Made by a program: the position numbers and the translations under genes
Shown: piece after piece, positions 1 to 14,960 of the stretch
Layout of the letters: every line of letters starts with the position of its first letter
How positions within the stretch are numbered: the stretch's first letter is position 1
The notes under the pieces: model-generated
Database searches by the model: none
What the model was told of the DNA's origin: nothing
The model's input: only the letters and a program-made list of their open reading frames with translations
Source: the human T2T-CHM13v2.0 reference genome, Homo sapiens
NCBI RefSeq assembly: GCF_009914755.1
Contig: NC_060946.1
Length of the DNA: 64,000 bases
Strand: one strand, 5' to 3'

Positions 1-34
1 TGGAGAGCTGGGCTAAGGTTAGGTCTTTCCTTGG

Positions 35-115
35 GTTTGCTGTGAGGCCTTGGGCAAACGACGATCTCTTCTGTGCCTTAGTTTTCTCATCTGAAAAATG
101 GAGCTATTAACAATG
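35..115 (+). mobile_element. MIR SINE core fragment
   Basis: cttgggcaa...ctgtgccttagttttctcatctgaaaaatgg matches the MIR core. Confidence 0.75.
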
Positions 116-289
116 GTTCCTCTGCCTGCCCCTGTCTTCCACCAGGACCGCTGGGGAGAGCCTCTAAGTTTACAAATAATGAAGATCTTCAAAATGCTTA
201 GAATGAAAGTGATGCTGACCTGCTGCTTACGGGATCAGGAATTTTATACAAGTTTCTTATAGATACCATCTCATGTGTACTTACTAAAG

Positions 290-490
290 GCCTTGCACAT
301 TCTGACTCATTCAAATCTCACAACAATGTCATGAAGTTGTTGCTATGATTAACATCACCATTTTACAGACAGAAAAATTGAAGCACAGAGAGGTTGAGTA
401 ATTCGGCTTAGGTTGCACAACCAGGAAATAGCAGAGAGGGATTTGAGTCAAGCACTCTGCCTGCAGAGTCCTGGCTCCTAACCACTGTGC
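290..490 (-). mobile_element. MIR SINE
   Basis: ccattttacagacagaaaaattgaagcacagagaggtt...gggatttga is the antisense MIR core and head. Confidence 0.8.
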
Positions 491-584
491 AGGATCCTCC
501 CTTGTTCTTTGGGGTGCATCCTGCAGAAGTGCCAACTAGGGGTGTGCAGGCCAAAGGTGGCCCCAAGTGCTTTTTTTAAAAAAA

Positions 585-665
585 ATTATTTTTAATTGAC
601 AAATAACCACTGTTTATATGTATAGGGTACAATGTGATACTTTGATATATGTGTACATTCCATTT
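585..665 (-). mobile_element. L1M 3'-end fragment
   Basis: ttttaattgacaaataa...gggtacaatgtgatactttgatatatgtgtaca is typical of an antisense L1MA/MB 3' end. Confidence 0.6.
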
Positions 666-725
666 GAAATTTGAATCAGTTGCCAACATTGAAAACGAAT
701 CTCATTATTTCTATATAAAACACAA

Positions 726-1025
726 GGCCAGGCACAGTGGTTCATGCCTATAATTCCAGCACTTTGGGAGGTGGGGGCGGGTGGATCAGTTGAAGCCAGG
801 AGTTTGAGACCAGCCTGGGCAACACAGCAAGATCCCATATCTACAAAAAATAAAAATAAAAAATTAGCCAGTCTTGGTGGTGCCTGTAGCCCCAGCTACT
901 CAGGAGGCTGAGACAGGAAGATCACCTGAGCCAGGGGAGGTTGAGTCTTCTGTGAGCCGTGATTGCATGCACTCCAGCCTGGGTGACAGAGCAAAACCCT
1001 GTCTCAGAAACACAAACAAACAAAC
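726..1025 (+). mobile_element. Alu (old, AluJ-like), full length
   Basis: ggccaggcacagtgg start, A-rich linker, ctccagcctgggtgacagagc, (caaa)n tail. Confidence 0.95.
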
Positions 1026-1062
1026 ACCCCACAGGTTTCCAGGATCTATCTCTCTCTCGCTC

Positions 1063-1067
<5 letters not shown>

Positions 1068-1093
<26 letters not shown>

Positions 1094-1334
1094 GAGACAG
1101 AGTCTCACTCTGTTGCTCAGGCTGGAGTGCAGTGGCGTGATCTCCGTTCTCGGCTCACTGCAACCACCGCTTCCCAGGTTCAAGCAATTCTTCTGCCTTG
1201 GCATCCGGAGTAGCTGGGATTACAAGTACCTGATACCATGCCTGGCTAATTTTTGTATTTTTAGTAGAGACAGGGTTTCACCATGTTAGCCAGGCTGGTC
1301 ATGAACTCCTGACCTCAGGTGATCCGCCCACCTC
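1068..1334 (-). mobile_element. Alu (AluS-like), 5'-truncated
   Basis: poly-T 1068-1093, then gagacagagtctcactctgttgc through cctcaggtgatccgcccacctc. Confidence 0.95.
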
Positions 1335-1457
1335 CAGTATCTCTTAGATGCTCTGGTAATGATAGGCTCCTGTACCCACATGGCAAAGATAAGCTGGAGT
1401 CAAGCCTCCTCCATTTGCCTCAGTCACCACCACTCCCTACTGTCTCTTTGGCTCTAA

Positions 1458-2014
<557 letters not shown>

Positions 2015-2674
2015 TAATTAGCAATCATATTAGAGGTCTACCGTGTGCCACTTGGAGTCTGTTATGTATAATTATGCTGAAATTATCAGTAGAGTTCTTC
2101 CAGAGAGGGGATTCAGTCATTCTCAAAGAATTCTTTCGTGTTGACTTCATTAAGTTTCCGTTGAAGAATTCCTCTAGGTATTACCGTGGATCCAAGTATG
2201 CAAGGTGGGCTCTTTTGGACAAAAACAAATATAAAGCTACCCATGTGGGAGACTGCATTAACTAGATGGGTTTCTCTCGGAAGATTCTACATGGCAAGGC
2301 AGTAGAATGCCTGATATATAATAAACACTAAATAAACATGAGATAAATAACCAAATAGTTCTCATGGGTCATAGCTCAGAGATAGGACTTACCCTCCGGG
2401 GAAAGGTTGGACAATAGGCTTCATATCACCTGTCAACTTGGAGCACGAATAGTTCTGTCCTGAGGCATTGTGTTAAGAAGGATGCTGAGGGTGTGTCCAT
2501 GCTCAAGATAAATATGATGGACAGAGGATGTCTGCTGTGGGTGGGAGAGAGGCTCTGACAGCCAAGAGCCTAGGAATTTACCCCTTCCAGGCAGTGATCT
2601 GATCAAACTGTAATCAGAAAGATTGTTCCAGACACTAGATGGAGGCTGGATTAGAAGAGGTGAGACCCAAAGAA

Positions 2675-2738
2675 TTAGGTTGGTGCACAAGTAATCGTGG
2701 TCTTTGCCCTTACTTTCAATGGCAAAGACCACAATTAC
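2675..2738. mobile_element. MADE1 (Hsmar1-derived MITE), right end truncated
   Basis: ttaggttggtgcacaagtaatcgtggtctttgcccttactttcaatggcaaagaccacaattac matches the palindromic 80-bp MADE1 consensus. Confidence 0.9.
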
Positions 2739-3104
2739 AAAACAGAAACCATGCCAGGTATTCTAATAGGGTGAGTTTAATATAGGGACCTGGTGTTGAC
2801 AAACTGGAAAAGCACAAAGAAGAGATGAGGGGGAAGCAGAGACAGTAACTGTGGGGAGCAGCTGCCTTTCTTGGGATGAAAGAGCAAAGGGAGAAGTTGG
2901 GGGAAAAAAGCCTGAAGGAAGAACCAGAACTCCGCTGGCACTCAAGAGCCCAGATGAGGGGCCATGCAGAGCTTGGGCACTGACTTCTGAAGAGTTGATA
3001 TGCAAGGCCACTTGTCATAGTGAAAAAAAAACTGCCCAGGAACCGACTGTCATGGCTGGGATGATGAGCCACTGCTTCCGTCATGCTGACAGAACCTGCA
3101 GGCA

Positions 3105-3407
3105 GGCCAGGTGTGATGGCTGAGGTGTGCAATCCTGCACTTCGGGAAGCCAAGGAGGAAAAATTGCTTGAGACCAGGTGTTTGAGACCAGCCTGAGCAA
3201 CATAGTGAGACCCATCTCTAAGAAAATAAAAACACCAGGCGTGGTGGCATGCATCTGTGGTCCCAGCTGCTCAGCAGATGGAAGCAGGAGGATGGCTTAA
3301 GCTCCAGAGTTCGAGGCTGCAGTGAGCTATAACAGCACCACTGCACTCCAGTCTGGGCAAAAGAGTGAGACCTTGTCTCTAAAAACAACAACAAAGAAAA
3401 CAGAAAA
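3105..3407 (+). mobile_element. Alu (AluJ-like)
   Basis: ggccaggtgtgatggc start; gagttcgaggctgcagtgagctat is an AluJ-type motif; A-rich tail. Confidence 0.9.
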
Positions 3408-3562
3408 ATGAAAGAAAGAGAAAGAGAGAGAGAGAAAGAAAGAAAGAAAAAAAGAAAGAAAGAAGGGAAGGAAGGAAGGAAGGAGGGAAGGAGGGAAGAA
3501 GAGAAGGAGGGAGGGAGGGAAGGAAGGAAGGAAGGAAGGAAGGAAGGAAAGAAAAAAAGAAA
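3408..3562 (+). repeat. Polypurine (GAAA/GGAA/GGGA)n tract extending the Alu tail
   Basis: Direct inspection. Confidence 0.95.
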
Positions 3563-5774
3563 CTGCAAGCAAAGAGGGACAAGCATGTCCCTTTTCCTGA
3601 CATCTGCCTCAGGGTTACCTCTAGCACCTGCTATGGGCAGAGGCTTACAGAGGCCCAGCAGGCCCAGCGGCAATACAGGGCACAGAATCCTAGCCCGGGT
3701 ACCGGAAGGCAGAGTATAAAAGGGTGAGTTTGGAACTAGGAGACAATAGTGTAATGACCTGCACAATTAGGGAGGCTTGGAGAGGTGAACCAGCTCACCT
3801 CATCCAAGTGACATGTCTAGAGCCAGACGAACACCCACCTGCCTTCTCACCCTGGTCTGCTGGCTCTGGGCTCTTAATTACATCGAGATTTGCAAGCTTT
3901 CTGGTGGACAGGGATGATGTTTTTCATCTTAATCCTCTTCATCCCCCAGCACACATGCACGTGCACCAGCCACTTAGAATCACTCCTTTATCTCCCTTTG
4001 CCAGAAATAGGTATTCGAGCAATCATTGTTTCCTGCCTCACCCACGGGGTTATTTCCACTTCTGGTATCACAATCGCCTTGGGTCCAGATCTACTTCCCA
4101 AGTTGTGTATGATGTACTTAGTATGAAATGCCTGGGTGCGGCTGCACAACCTGGCAGGCGGGTGGGGGTGTTCGTGAGGGTGGCAACCCAAGGCATCGCG
4201 GGGGCTAGTCCCTCTGATGGTGTCCCCAAGCTGCTCAGCCCTCAGACGTGCAATAAGTCAAGTGACTTTGCATCTTTCTTTTTGTTTCAGCAAGTTGCAT
4301 CTCTCCTGCAAGAAGACTTCCCTTCCTGTCACATCCCAGGGGCCCTAAGAGCAGTAAAGCTCTTCCTCTAATGCACGGGGCAGCAATCCTCACGCACAAG
4401 CTACGTTCTCTTTTGGACCCTGCATGCACATTTGTGCCGAAACATCAAATAGTTCGCCCAGGAAAAATAAATATAGAGAGATTTCTTGCAAAGTGAGCTT
4501 TCTTGTCTCCTTTAGGGCTTCATCTGTGCCGAACCGTACAAACATTTTTGTGAAGGCAGAGCCAGTGAAAACCCTGCGAATAAAAGTGGGACTGATTTTA
4601 TGCTAATATATGTAAAGAATGTGACGATAGAGTCATAGGTAACCCAATGAACTTAACTTTTTTCTCCCTTTTTATTGAATTATAATGACTAGTTTCCATA
4701 GCAATTACTGCATCACCTTGTACATTACCAGAAAGATCTACTGCACTATTTTCCAGTCATCCTTGTAAACATTTCTACTTTTTTACGATGTTCTAGGGGA
4801 AAACACAAGCCCTTTCGGCTTGGCAGCAATTGGAGAGCATATTTCAGGAGATTAATAAAGCCGGCTGGGGTGTTTTTATTTTCTAAGTTCGGCAGTTGGT
4901 TTTCCATCTTCGCCCTCACCAGCTTCTTGTCAGGCAGACAAAGAGGAAAAGAGGCGAGCAGGAGAGAACAGAGGTGAAGGGGGAGGTATGCAGTCACCAG
5001 GGAGGGCAGAGGGGATGGGGCAAGAGCATGCCTCAGGGGTTCATGTCTGTGAGTCTGCTGATTCTGGAATCGTTTGGAGAGCAACGCCCTCGGGAACAGC
5101 CTTCTTCCCACCCTAGGTTTGGAGGAGGATCGGGGGTGTCTATAAGCTCACAAAATATCAGCCATGGAACACACAGATATATCTTGTCTATAGCTTCAAA
5201 CCTGTGTCTCCAGGCTCCGACTGTGTCCTGGGTCCCTGGAAGGGGATGGGAAGATGGGTATGTGGGCATTCCCCGCACCTCCCCATAGAATGCCCACTTC
5301 CAGCCCAGCTTTCTTTAATGGGCTTTTCCTATTGGCTTTCCACATGGTATTTTATTTCCAAAAGGCCGCTGCAGCTGATGGATATTTGAAGATACATGTT
5401 TTCAGTTGAGAAATAAGGGAAGTAACACCCGGAGAGGAATGAGTCAGCTACAGTGAGTAAGAGGTGTGGTCAGGCCTGGGACCCACCCAGCTTTCTGATG
5501 TCTGACTTGTCCCATTGCACCCTGTGGAAGGGCTGAGCTTTGGGTAGGTAAAAGAAGTCACAGTCACAGGGTCTGGTAGATAGAAAGACCCTGAACTGGG
5601 CTGGGGGAACCCCATGCAGGGGTTTTGGAGTTTCCAACCAGAGAGTGGGGCAATGACCCCATCATGAGCCCTCAACACCTTCAGTTCATTTGGTAATGGG
5701 GCCTGTTTCACCGCCATTTGTGCATCAGCTCACTGCCTCTGCGGGGAAAGATACCTAGGCATTGTGGAGAGGAC

Positions 5775-5990
5775 TTGCTATTGGGAGCTTGGGCCCCAAA
5801 GTCAGAATGCCCGGGCTCCAATCTCTGGGCTGTGCCTGTGCTGAGCTGTGTGGGGGTGAGTGTCTTCCCCTGCTTTGCCTCAGTTTCCTCTGCTCTAAAA
5901 TGAGTCCAATGGTAGAATCCACCTCTGAGGCATTTGTGAGGGTCAACAGAGATGGTGTGGGTTAGGGTTAAGTGCTCGCACTTACAAGGG
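5775..5990 (+). mobile_element. MIR SINE
   Basis: gcctcagtttcctctgctctaaaatgag...ttgtgagg. Confidence 0.7.
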
Positions 5991-6175
5991 GCTTCATTGT
6001 TTCCAGCGGGCGTTCATGGACTCGCTTGTAGCTGCAGTGAGGCCTTGAATGAGTTAATTAAATTCAGGGAGTCCTGGCTTTTCCAGCTGTAAAATGAGAA
6101 ATGTATGCTGGCTGGTCTAGAAAGTTACTGCTGGCTCTGAAATTCAAGAGTTGTTGGATTGTAACAGTATAGTTG

Positions 6176-6346
6176 GAAAAAGGAAAGGAGGGAGAAAAAG
6201 AGAGAGAGAGAGAAGAGAGGGGAGAGAAAGAAGAGAGGAAGAGAGAAAAGAGAGGGAAAGAGAGAGAAGAAAGAGAATGAGATAGAAAAGAGAGTGAGAA
6301 GAAGGGGGAGAGGGAGAAAGAGAAGGGAAGGGGGAGGGAGGGAGAG
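6176..6346 (+). repeat. Polypurine (GA-rich) tract
   Basis: About 170 bp, almost only A/G. Confidence 0.95.
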
Positions 6347-7567
6347 ACACTGTGTAAGAGCAGATGCCTTAAGCAGAAGGAAAAAGTCCCTAAGTGACAA
6401 GAAGCTCTGAGTTCACCAAAATGCTTAACCAAGATAAGAAGGATGTAACTGATGTTGGAAAGATTGTTATGAGATTAATAAAAGTGATTAAGGGATTAAG
6501 ACTTCTCAAAAGAGATAGTGAAGGGACCTCCAATGGGAAAATCCTCCCTCACCCTCTGTACCCAGCCTCTCTTCTCGGTTTTTAAGTCCTCAGTCATGTA
6601 GGCATCTAACAAAATCGTCTCAGCAGATGCTCAAATAGAATAAATAGAATCCTGGCTTAAGCCCATCTTAGACATTGGGAGAGGTCCCCTGTGACACACA
6701 CACACACAGTCAAATAACTGGATTTATTTCTGGGAATGTCTGGAGGAATTTAAGGTATGCCTTGAGTCATGGGTCCAGGGTCAAGGTTAATCTGTGGGGC
6801 TGTTCTACTGAGCACATAAGTCCTAGATAGACACGCCTGTAGGGGAACATAGATATGAACTAGGCATCAGGAGGGAGCCTGGGTAGGTTGGGGGCAGAAG
6901 GTGTACTTAGAACTGGGAGATCCTGGGGATGTCAATCTCAGTTTTGACATATGGCAGGTACTCAAAAGAAGAAAAATGCCATCCCCTTCCACTGCTTCAA
7001 CCCTATCCTCAGTTTTCCCACCTGCAACCTCGGAACAAGGATACTTCTCCAAGACACAATGGGTGGGAAAGCACTTTACAAAGGAATCACTGGCATTCCT
7101 TCCCAAAGGGTTTTCCAGCACCCTTGTTGGAAGATTCTTGACTTTTCTGTTGTTCTAGAATAACAAACAGAAACCCGGACCCACTGTCCTGCTCTTCCAG
7201 CAATTTTCCCACAGCAGGGGGTAGGGTGGTCAGCTCCAGAGTTGGAAAGGTGGTCCCAGTCACTTTCAGGTTCAAAACCCACCTCCATCTCTTACCAGTT
7301 GTGGGTGTGATCTCTGTTTCCTCATCTGAAAAATGGCAGTGATTTTACTGGGTTAGCTGTGAGGGGAAAATAAAATAATGCACAAAAATAGCCTGGGATG
7401 GTGCTTGACATACGGCATGTACAAAAAAAAAGAAAAAGAAAAAGAAAAAGAAAAATGCCATCTCCTTCCCCTTTTTCAGACCTATCCTGATATTGGTGAA
7501 AAGACTTTGCCCTCTCTCCTCTGCCTTCTGCTCTCTATGGCTTGACACAAACTCTAGATTGAACCAT

Positions 7568-8050
7568 ATGGCCACCAGCTTCCCAGATGGCTCAATAAGA
7601 CACCCACCTCCCGGTGTTCACATCTTCCCAGGCTGTGTGGCCACTGGAGTATGATGGCTGTAATGGCATGCCACCTCCAAGGTTAGGTTATAAAAAGACT
7701 GTAGCCTCCATCATGCTTTCCCTCTCCTGCCTCTCTCATGAACCACCCACTCTGGGGAAAGCTGTGCTATGAGTAGCTCTGTGGACAAGCCTACATGGGG
7801 AGGAACTGAAGCCTCCAGCCAACAGCCGCTTGAATGAGCTTGGGTCCTTCAGCCTCCATCACATTTTCAGAGACCACAGCCTCAGCCAGAAGCTTGCCGA
7901 CAACTTCATGAGAGACACTGAGCCAGAACCACTCGGCTAAGCCACTCACAGAATCTTGGCCCTGAGAAACTGTGGGATAATGAAGGCAGGTTGTTTTAAG
8001 ACGCAAAATGTTGGGATAATTTGTTACACAGCAACAGTTAACAAATACAG
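7568..8050 (+). mobile_element. MaLR solo LTR (MLT1F-like)
   Basis: cagatggctc...cctcccggtgttcaca start; ggaggaactgaagcctccagccaacagcc; ends ttgttacacagcaacagttaacaaataca. Confidence 0.8.
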
Positions 8051-9255
8051 GTGATGCAACTAGCTTAAGGTCAGCCTTTCTGAGGTTGAAGTTAACTGTC
8101 ACACTGTAGATGAAGATGTGCAGTGCAAACATGGTGTTGTGATTTATTTCACAGGGGTCTGTCTCAGTGACAGACCCCTCCCCCACCCAACGTCAAAAAC
8201 CTTTGCCTTGTCTTCAGAATTTGCTCAACAGGAAAGAATGAGCTCCATTGCGCGGACTGGTACATTGAAGCCTGAGATGGAAAGCTACTTGCTCAAAGTC
8301 CCACAGCAAATCCGATGCAAAGCTGGGTAAAAATAAGTCTCCTTACATGCGTGTGTGCATTCCTTCATTCACGAGTAAGTGTTGACTGGAGACCTACTAT
8401 GCGCTGGGCTCTGCTCCAGGTAGTCTCCTCAGTGCCCTGCCTTAGTAGGGCACCCCAGATAAGCCTGGATTCCGGAAACTCCGGAGAAAGGATGTTGTAC
8501 ACCAATTCTGAGACCTGCTGTGTGCCCCTAGCTATGTTCAGGGGGCAGGAAATAGACCAGACATGGAGGTTCCCGCTTTGAGAGAAATCCTAAAGGGCCC
8601 TTCCTCTTTAGGTGGGAGGTGAGCTAGACAGGTACCCAGATTCTCTCGTGAGGCTCAGTGGCTGGCAGAAGCTGAGAAGTACTCAGTCAACTCAGACAGG
8701 ACAAGTCTCAATCTGGGAGCCTCCTGGCCTGGCAGAGCCAGGTGCTCTCTTCCTACTCAGATGACTTCCATAGGCCCTCAGCCCCTGAGAGCCTTTGCTG
8801 GGAAGCCAGGGATGGCCCACATTGCTGCTGCTGGCTGCTTCTCAGCAGCTGGGTGGAACAATTCCTGCTGGCTCAGCTGCTGTAGCCGATGAGAGAGACA
8901 GAGGAGGGAATCAAGCGGGATACGGCTGCGGTCACAGCGCAGTGATGGGTAGGTGCACGCCAGCTGAGAGCAGAGTGGTCGGTGCTGGGAGCCCACAACT
9001 CCTGGCAGGGCCGGGGCCAGCTTGGAAAATAAACACCCAGGGATGGTACTTTAGGGTGGGGCGTCTGTTTGGAGATAAAGGCACCTCCGCCCCTTGCCCA
9101 GGACAAAGGAGCCATCTGGCCAGGCAGGGGCGGGTGCAGGCTCAGCCCCTCGGTGTCCCAGGCAGCTAGGGGGTGGGGTGCTGTCTGCACAGGCAGGCTG
9201 AGCTTAGGACCGAGGCCCCTCTCTGCAGCCTGGTACAGGCAGTGTCCACATAGCC

Positions 9256-9468
9256 CAGGACTTCTCCACCTCAGCACTAATGACACATAGGGGCAGATGA
9301 TTCTCGGGAGCGGGGCGTGAGGCTGTCCTGTACATTGTAGGATGTTGAGCAGCATCCCCGGCCTCTACCTATTAGATGGCGATAGCATCCCCCGTCTCAA
9401 ATTATGTAAGGCAAAAAGATTTTCAAATGTCCCCTGGGGACAAAATCAACCCGAGTTAAGAGCCACTG
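9256..9468 (-). mobile_element. MER20 (hAT-Charlie DNA transposon)
   Basis: ctgtcctgtacattgtaggatgttgagcagcatccccggcctctacc...aaatgtcccctggggacaaaatc...gagccactg. Confidence 0.9.
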
Positions 9469-9574
9469 ACTGAGACCGGCAGCTCTCTCTCCTCACCCAC
9501 CAGTTCCCATGTTCCATGCTTTTCCTGGGTAATGAACCCCCGTCAGGGCCCAGGAGCTGACTGCAGCAGCTGCT

Positions 9575-9730
9575 TCATGTACATCTCACTGCATCCTCCC
9601 ACCAACGCTGTGATGTGGAGGTGAAGAAGATCTCCATTTTACAGGAGAAGAAACGAAGACCTGGAAAGGTGAGTTTGCAGAGGTTCAAGGTGGAGGGAGG
9701 ATTTGAAGCCTGTGTTTCTGACTCCCAGCT
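9575..9730 (-). mobile_element. MIR SINE
   Basis: ctccattttacaggagaagaaacgaag...ggatttgaagcc. Confidence 0.65.
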
Positions 9731-10440
9731 TGGCTTCTAGAGTGTCTTGTTCTGTGCTGCATACTCAGTGCTTTGCATACAGCAGGCGATCAATAATTAG
9801 TTTTCTAGTGAATTAATGAACAAGACAGAGTTTCTCCTAGCATTCTCAGGCAGAATGCTCTAAGTTTGGGAAGCTGCAGACTGCTGTCTAAGCTAGATCA
9901 ACCTGGCTGAGACAAGATGGGGCTGGGGACTGAGATGCTGTCACAGAGGACAGGGGTGGTGAGGTCCTTTATAACAAAAAGGCCCATTTGGCCCCCATCC
10001 TTGCCTGTTTCTCCAGCCTCTTTTTCTTTCATCCATCTTTCTCTCATCAGCCAGCAGCATCCCCAAAACAGGCCAATCTGATCACATCAGAGTCTTCTGT
10101 GTTAACCTGTTCTGGCTCCCAGTGGGCCGAAGATTAGAGTCTTTTGATTCATTTGAAAATGCTTCCAATTTGGGTCTGGGTCAACCTAAAATAATCAAAA
10201 GAAGGACTGTAACCAAAGTATGCAAAGGAAGCAATCCATGTAACAGTAAGTGACGTGGGCAGGTCTCAATAAATGTGAGCTATTACCATCGTGATTTTTA
10301 TTGTGCAGGTAACAGTAGGCAGCCTACAGCACTCCTGGGGAAAGCAACACAGCAGGCAGTGGCTGGGAGCACAGTTTGCAGGGTTCACGGTGTGTAAAAC
10401 TTTCAGCCTCTGGGGTCTGATGAGCCTGAGTTTGAATTTC

Positions 10441-10757
10441 AGCTCTGCTGCGTAATCTTGGCCAAGTTACTCTACCTCTCTGAGGTTCAGTTACAACTTT
10501 TCCATAATGGGTATTTTAAAAAACTGACTTTCTACATTGGTTGTGAGAACAGAAGGAAATGATATATGTCATAATGTAATCACAGTGTGCAGTATACAGT
10601 AGGCACTCACTACTTATTATGGCAAGAATTCATGAATCATTCACAACACCCCAGCAAGGTCGACATTGCCGTTATCCCAATTCAAAGTTAAGGAAACTGA
10701 GGGCAAAGGTATGTGTCCAAGGGGTCCTGGGCCTAGACTTGACCCAGGGCCGCCTGA
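10441..10757. repeat. Local duplication, copy 1 (tail-to-tail MIR(+)/MIR(-) composite)
   Basis: Collinear with 12504-12796; includes a 62-bp block with only 2 mismatches. Confidence 0.9.
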
Positions 10758-11529
10758 TTCCCCAGTTTTTCTCCTTTGGAAGGTGGCTCCTTCGGGCCCC
10801 AGAGAAAGCTGGGCACCTGGATGCATTATTCCAGGGGCTGCCCTGGCTTCATTCATGCTTTGAATGAAGCCAACCAAAGCAACTTAGTGAGTGAGAAATT
10901 TTGGGGTCACTTCCAGACCCCTGGTGTTTGTAGCTTGTGTCTGAGTGAAGCTGAGTCAGGCAGCAGAGGCAACCACTCATGAGATGAAAAAACAAAGTCC
11001 CCGCCAACCCCTTAGAGGTTCCTGGCACCGGTCTCCTCTGAGATGAAGCAAATGCCCCCAGACAGGGCAGCAGGGCCAGAGTCCTGCCACTTAGAGGGAG
11101 ATTTAGGGGGCGACAAGTGGGAAAGCCAGACACACTGGCTGCTGAATTTACTGGTCTTTTCAGCGAGGTCGGCGGGAGGGCCCTTCTGTGTGGAGCTCTG
11201 TCGGCAGCTGATATCGCTGAGTTGGTGACAGTGTCCAGCGTCTCCCTGCACAACGCATTGGGCAGAGGAAGCAGACTTGCTCGTGTCCTGGGATCTTTGG
11301 GGTGATTCATGGTTATTACACCATGGAATTTCAAAGCATGGCTGTCTGCCAGGGATTCTGCTGTGAAAGTTATAAGACCAGGATGCTCCCATCCAACTGT
11401 TTACTGCATGATCACTGGGTACCATACACAAATAGCCCAATTAATAGCCATGAAGGTGTTGCTAGCACTATTCTGTTCCATAGGCAAGGAAGTCTTACAG
11501 ATGGGCTGAATTTAGTTTTGCATGCATGG

Positions 11530-11765
11530 ACTACTAAAGCCTCCTCAAACTGAGATTCAAAGAGGTGAACTGAGTTGCACAGAGCCAGCAAATTCATAAG
11601 AAATTGAGATTTTCCTAAACTCCATTTTCTCATCCACAAAGTAGGTATATTGCTAATGCCTGCCTCACGGGTTGCTGGCAGTACTCACCAAGATAATGCA
11701 TACAGACTCTTAGCAATGCTCCAGCATGCAGCAAGTCCTCCATAAATGCTAGCAGTTGCTATTAT
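11530..11765 (+). mobile_element. MIR SINE
   Basis: ctccattttctcatccacaaagtagg...ccataaatgctagc. Confidence 0.6.
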
Positions 11766-11839
11766 CCTTATTTTGATAGGAACCGACTAAAGAAACATAA
11801 ACATAAATGAGGATTTTCTTAGAATCAGACTGTTAAAAC

Positions 11840-12300
11840 AATTCATTCACTCATTTGGGCAGCCAATATTGATTGAGCAATGGCTATGTGCTAGGCTCTG
11901 TCCTACAAAGTAGGCTTGCAGAAATGAACAAGGCATGGGATTGTCTTCATGACTTTGAGCAATGAAGTGCAAAAGAAATAGATTAATAGATGACTGTACA
12001 AAGTGGTAGGAAGGTGAAGGACAGGTTCTGTGGTATAAATGACAGGAGTCTTGGTCTTGGGATTTAAGGAGTGAATTCTTCAGGGAGTGATGCTTGAGAC
12101 CTGGAGGATGAGTAGGTATGAAACTGGCAGAGGTAAAGTGTGTGTGTGTGCATGCATGCACATGTATGTTAGGGGATAGGTCTGAGCATTCCAGGCAGAG
12201 GGAGCAGCATGGACACAGGTCCTGAGGTAGTAAGGAATTTGGTGCACTCCAGTAATTTAAAGAAGGTCAGAATGATTGAGCTAAGAGAAGAAAGGGAGAC
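11840..12300 (-). mobile_element. L2 LINE 3' fragment
   Basis: attcattcactcatt...tattgattgagcaatggctatgtgctaggc...gagcattccaggcagagggagcagc. Confidence 0.8.
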
Positions 12301-12503
12301 AGTCTTTGAAAGAGAGGCAGAAGTTAAACCCTGCCATGTCATCTCCCACCTGTCTCCACCCCAAACCTCCCTTCTTGGCATCTGTGGAGTGGGTCTCCAT
12401 CCTCCCACTGCCAGCACAACTCCCTACCTCCGTGGTCACCATATCCTCAGGCAAATGTTGGCTTTGTGACTTTGAATCTGTCTCCCTGGCCAGACTAGGA
12501 CCA

Positions 12504-13276
<773 letters not shown>

Positions 13277-13433
13277 TGAGATTACATCCATAAACACTTC
13301 ACCTTACAAAAGAAAATAGCAACAAGTCTTCTTCTTCTGAGCACTTGCTCCCTGAATAACTTTGCAAGCAGTTTTTCACAGAGTAAAAGGGCCCCAAAGG
13401 GATGGCAGAGTAATCCTTTAAAAATGAAGTTGA

Positions 13434-13944
<511 letters not shown>

Positions 13945-14479
13945 TTTTTGCCAGCTCTTTATTGTGCACCTACTATGTGCACTCGGAAAGAGTTACAGAG
14001 AAGAGCAAATCAGACAGGGTTGTTCTTGCCCTTGGGAAGCTCATGCTCTGGAGGGGGACACAGAGCTGAGCTGTGGATCACTGATCATGTAAAAGACAAA
14101 GCTCTAGTTTGATGAGGGCTGTAGAGAGGGGATATAGGTTGCTGTGCACTGGGGCCAAGATATAGATAGAGATCAAGATGGTAGAGGAAGGTAGAGGAAG
14201 TGCAGGTGCTAACACAGGTGAAGCTGGTGTGTAAGATGAATGTGGGAGTGAAAGTGGAGAGCACTGGAGCCAGCACCTGCCACAACCCCTGTGGACCACT
14301 CTCCACCCTGCTCCTCTATGCTTGGTGCTCAGGACAATAACCATGTGGTGTGTCTTTCACAGCACTGATGACTTCAGGTTGCAGCCAGCCATCAGGGAGC
14401 CAGCAATAGATGCAAGGATTGGAGGACTCTGAGGTGGGTATATTGTCTCTTCCAGCTTCCTGCATGTAGGGACACTATA

Positions 14480-14960
<481 letters not shown>

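Larger units (their letters stand above)
2740..3750 (-). mobile_element. Ancient ERVL-type LTR (LTR33/LTR16-like), interrupted by an Alu and a GA tract
   Basis: aaacagaaaccatgccaggtattctaatagggtgagtttaatataggg resembles the reverse complement of the LTR 3' end at 59250-59325; LTR-like sequence appears to resume at about 3600-3750. Confidence 0.5.

Noticed and set aside
3724-4371. 215-aa ORF in mostly non-Alu sequence
   Set aside because: It starts at GTG, has no recognisable domain and no clear exon structure. Probably a chance frame; blastp or PhyloCSF would settle it.
8780-9240. GC-rich stretch as a possible CpG island or promoter
   Set aside because: GC-rich but CpG-poor, with no island-like density.
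9365-9390. Possible CTCF site in MER20 (cctattagatggcga)
   Set aside because: It mismatches the CCASYAGRKGGC core at key 5' positions and cannot be supported without ChIP data.
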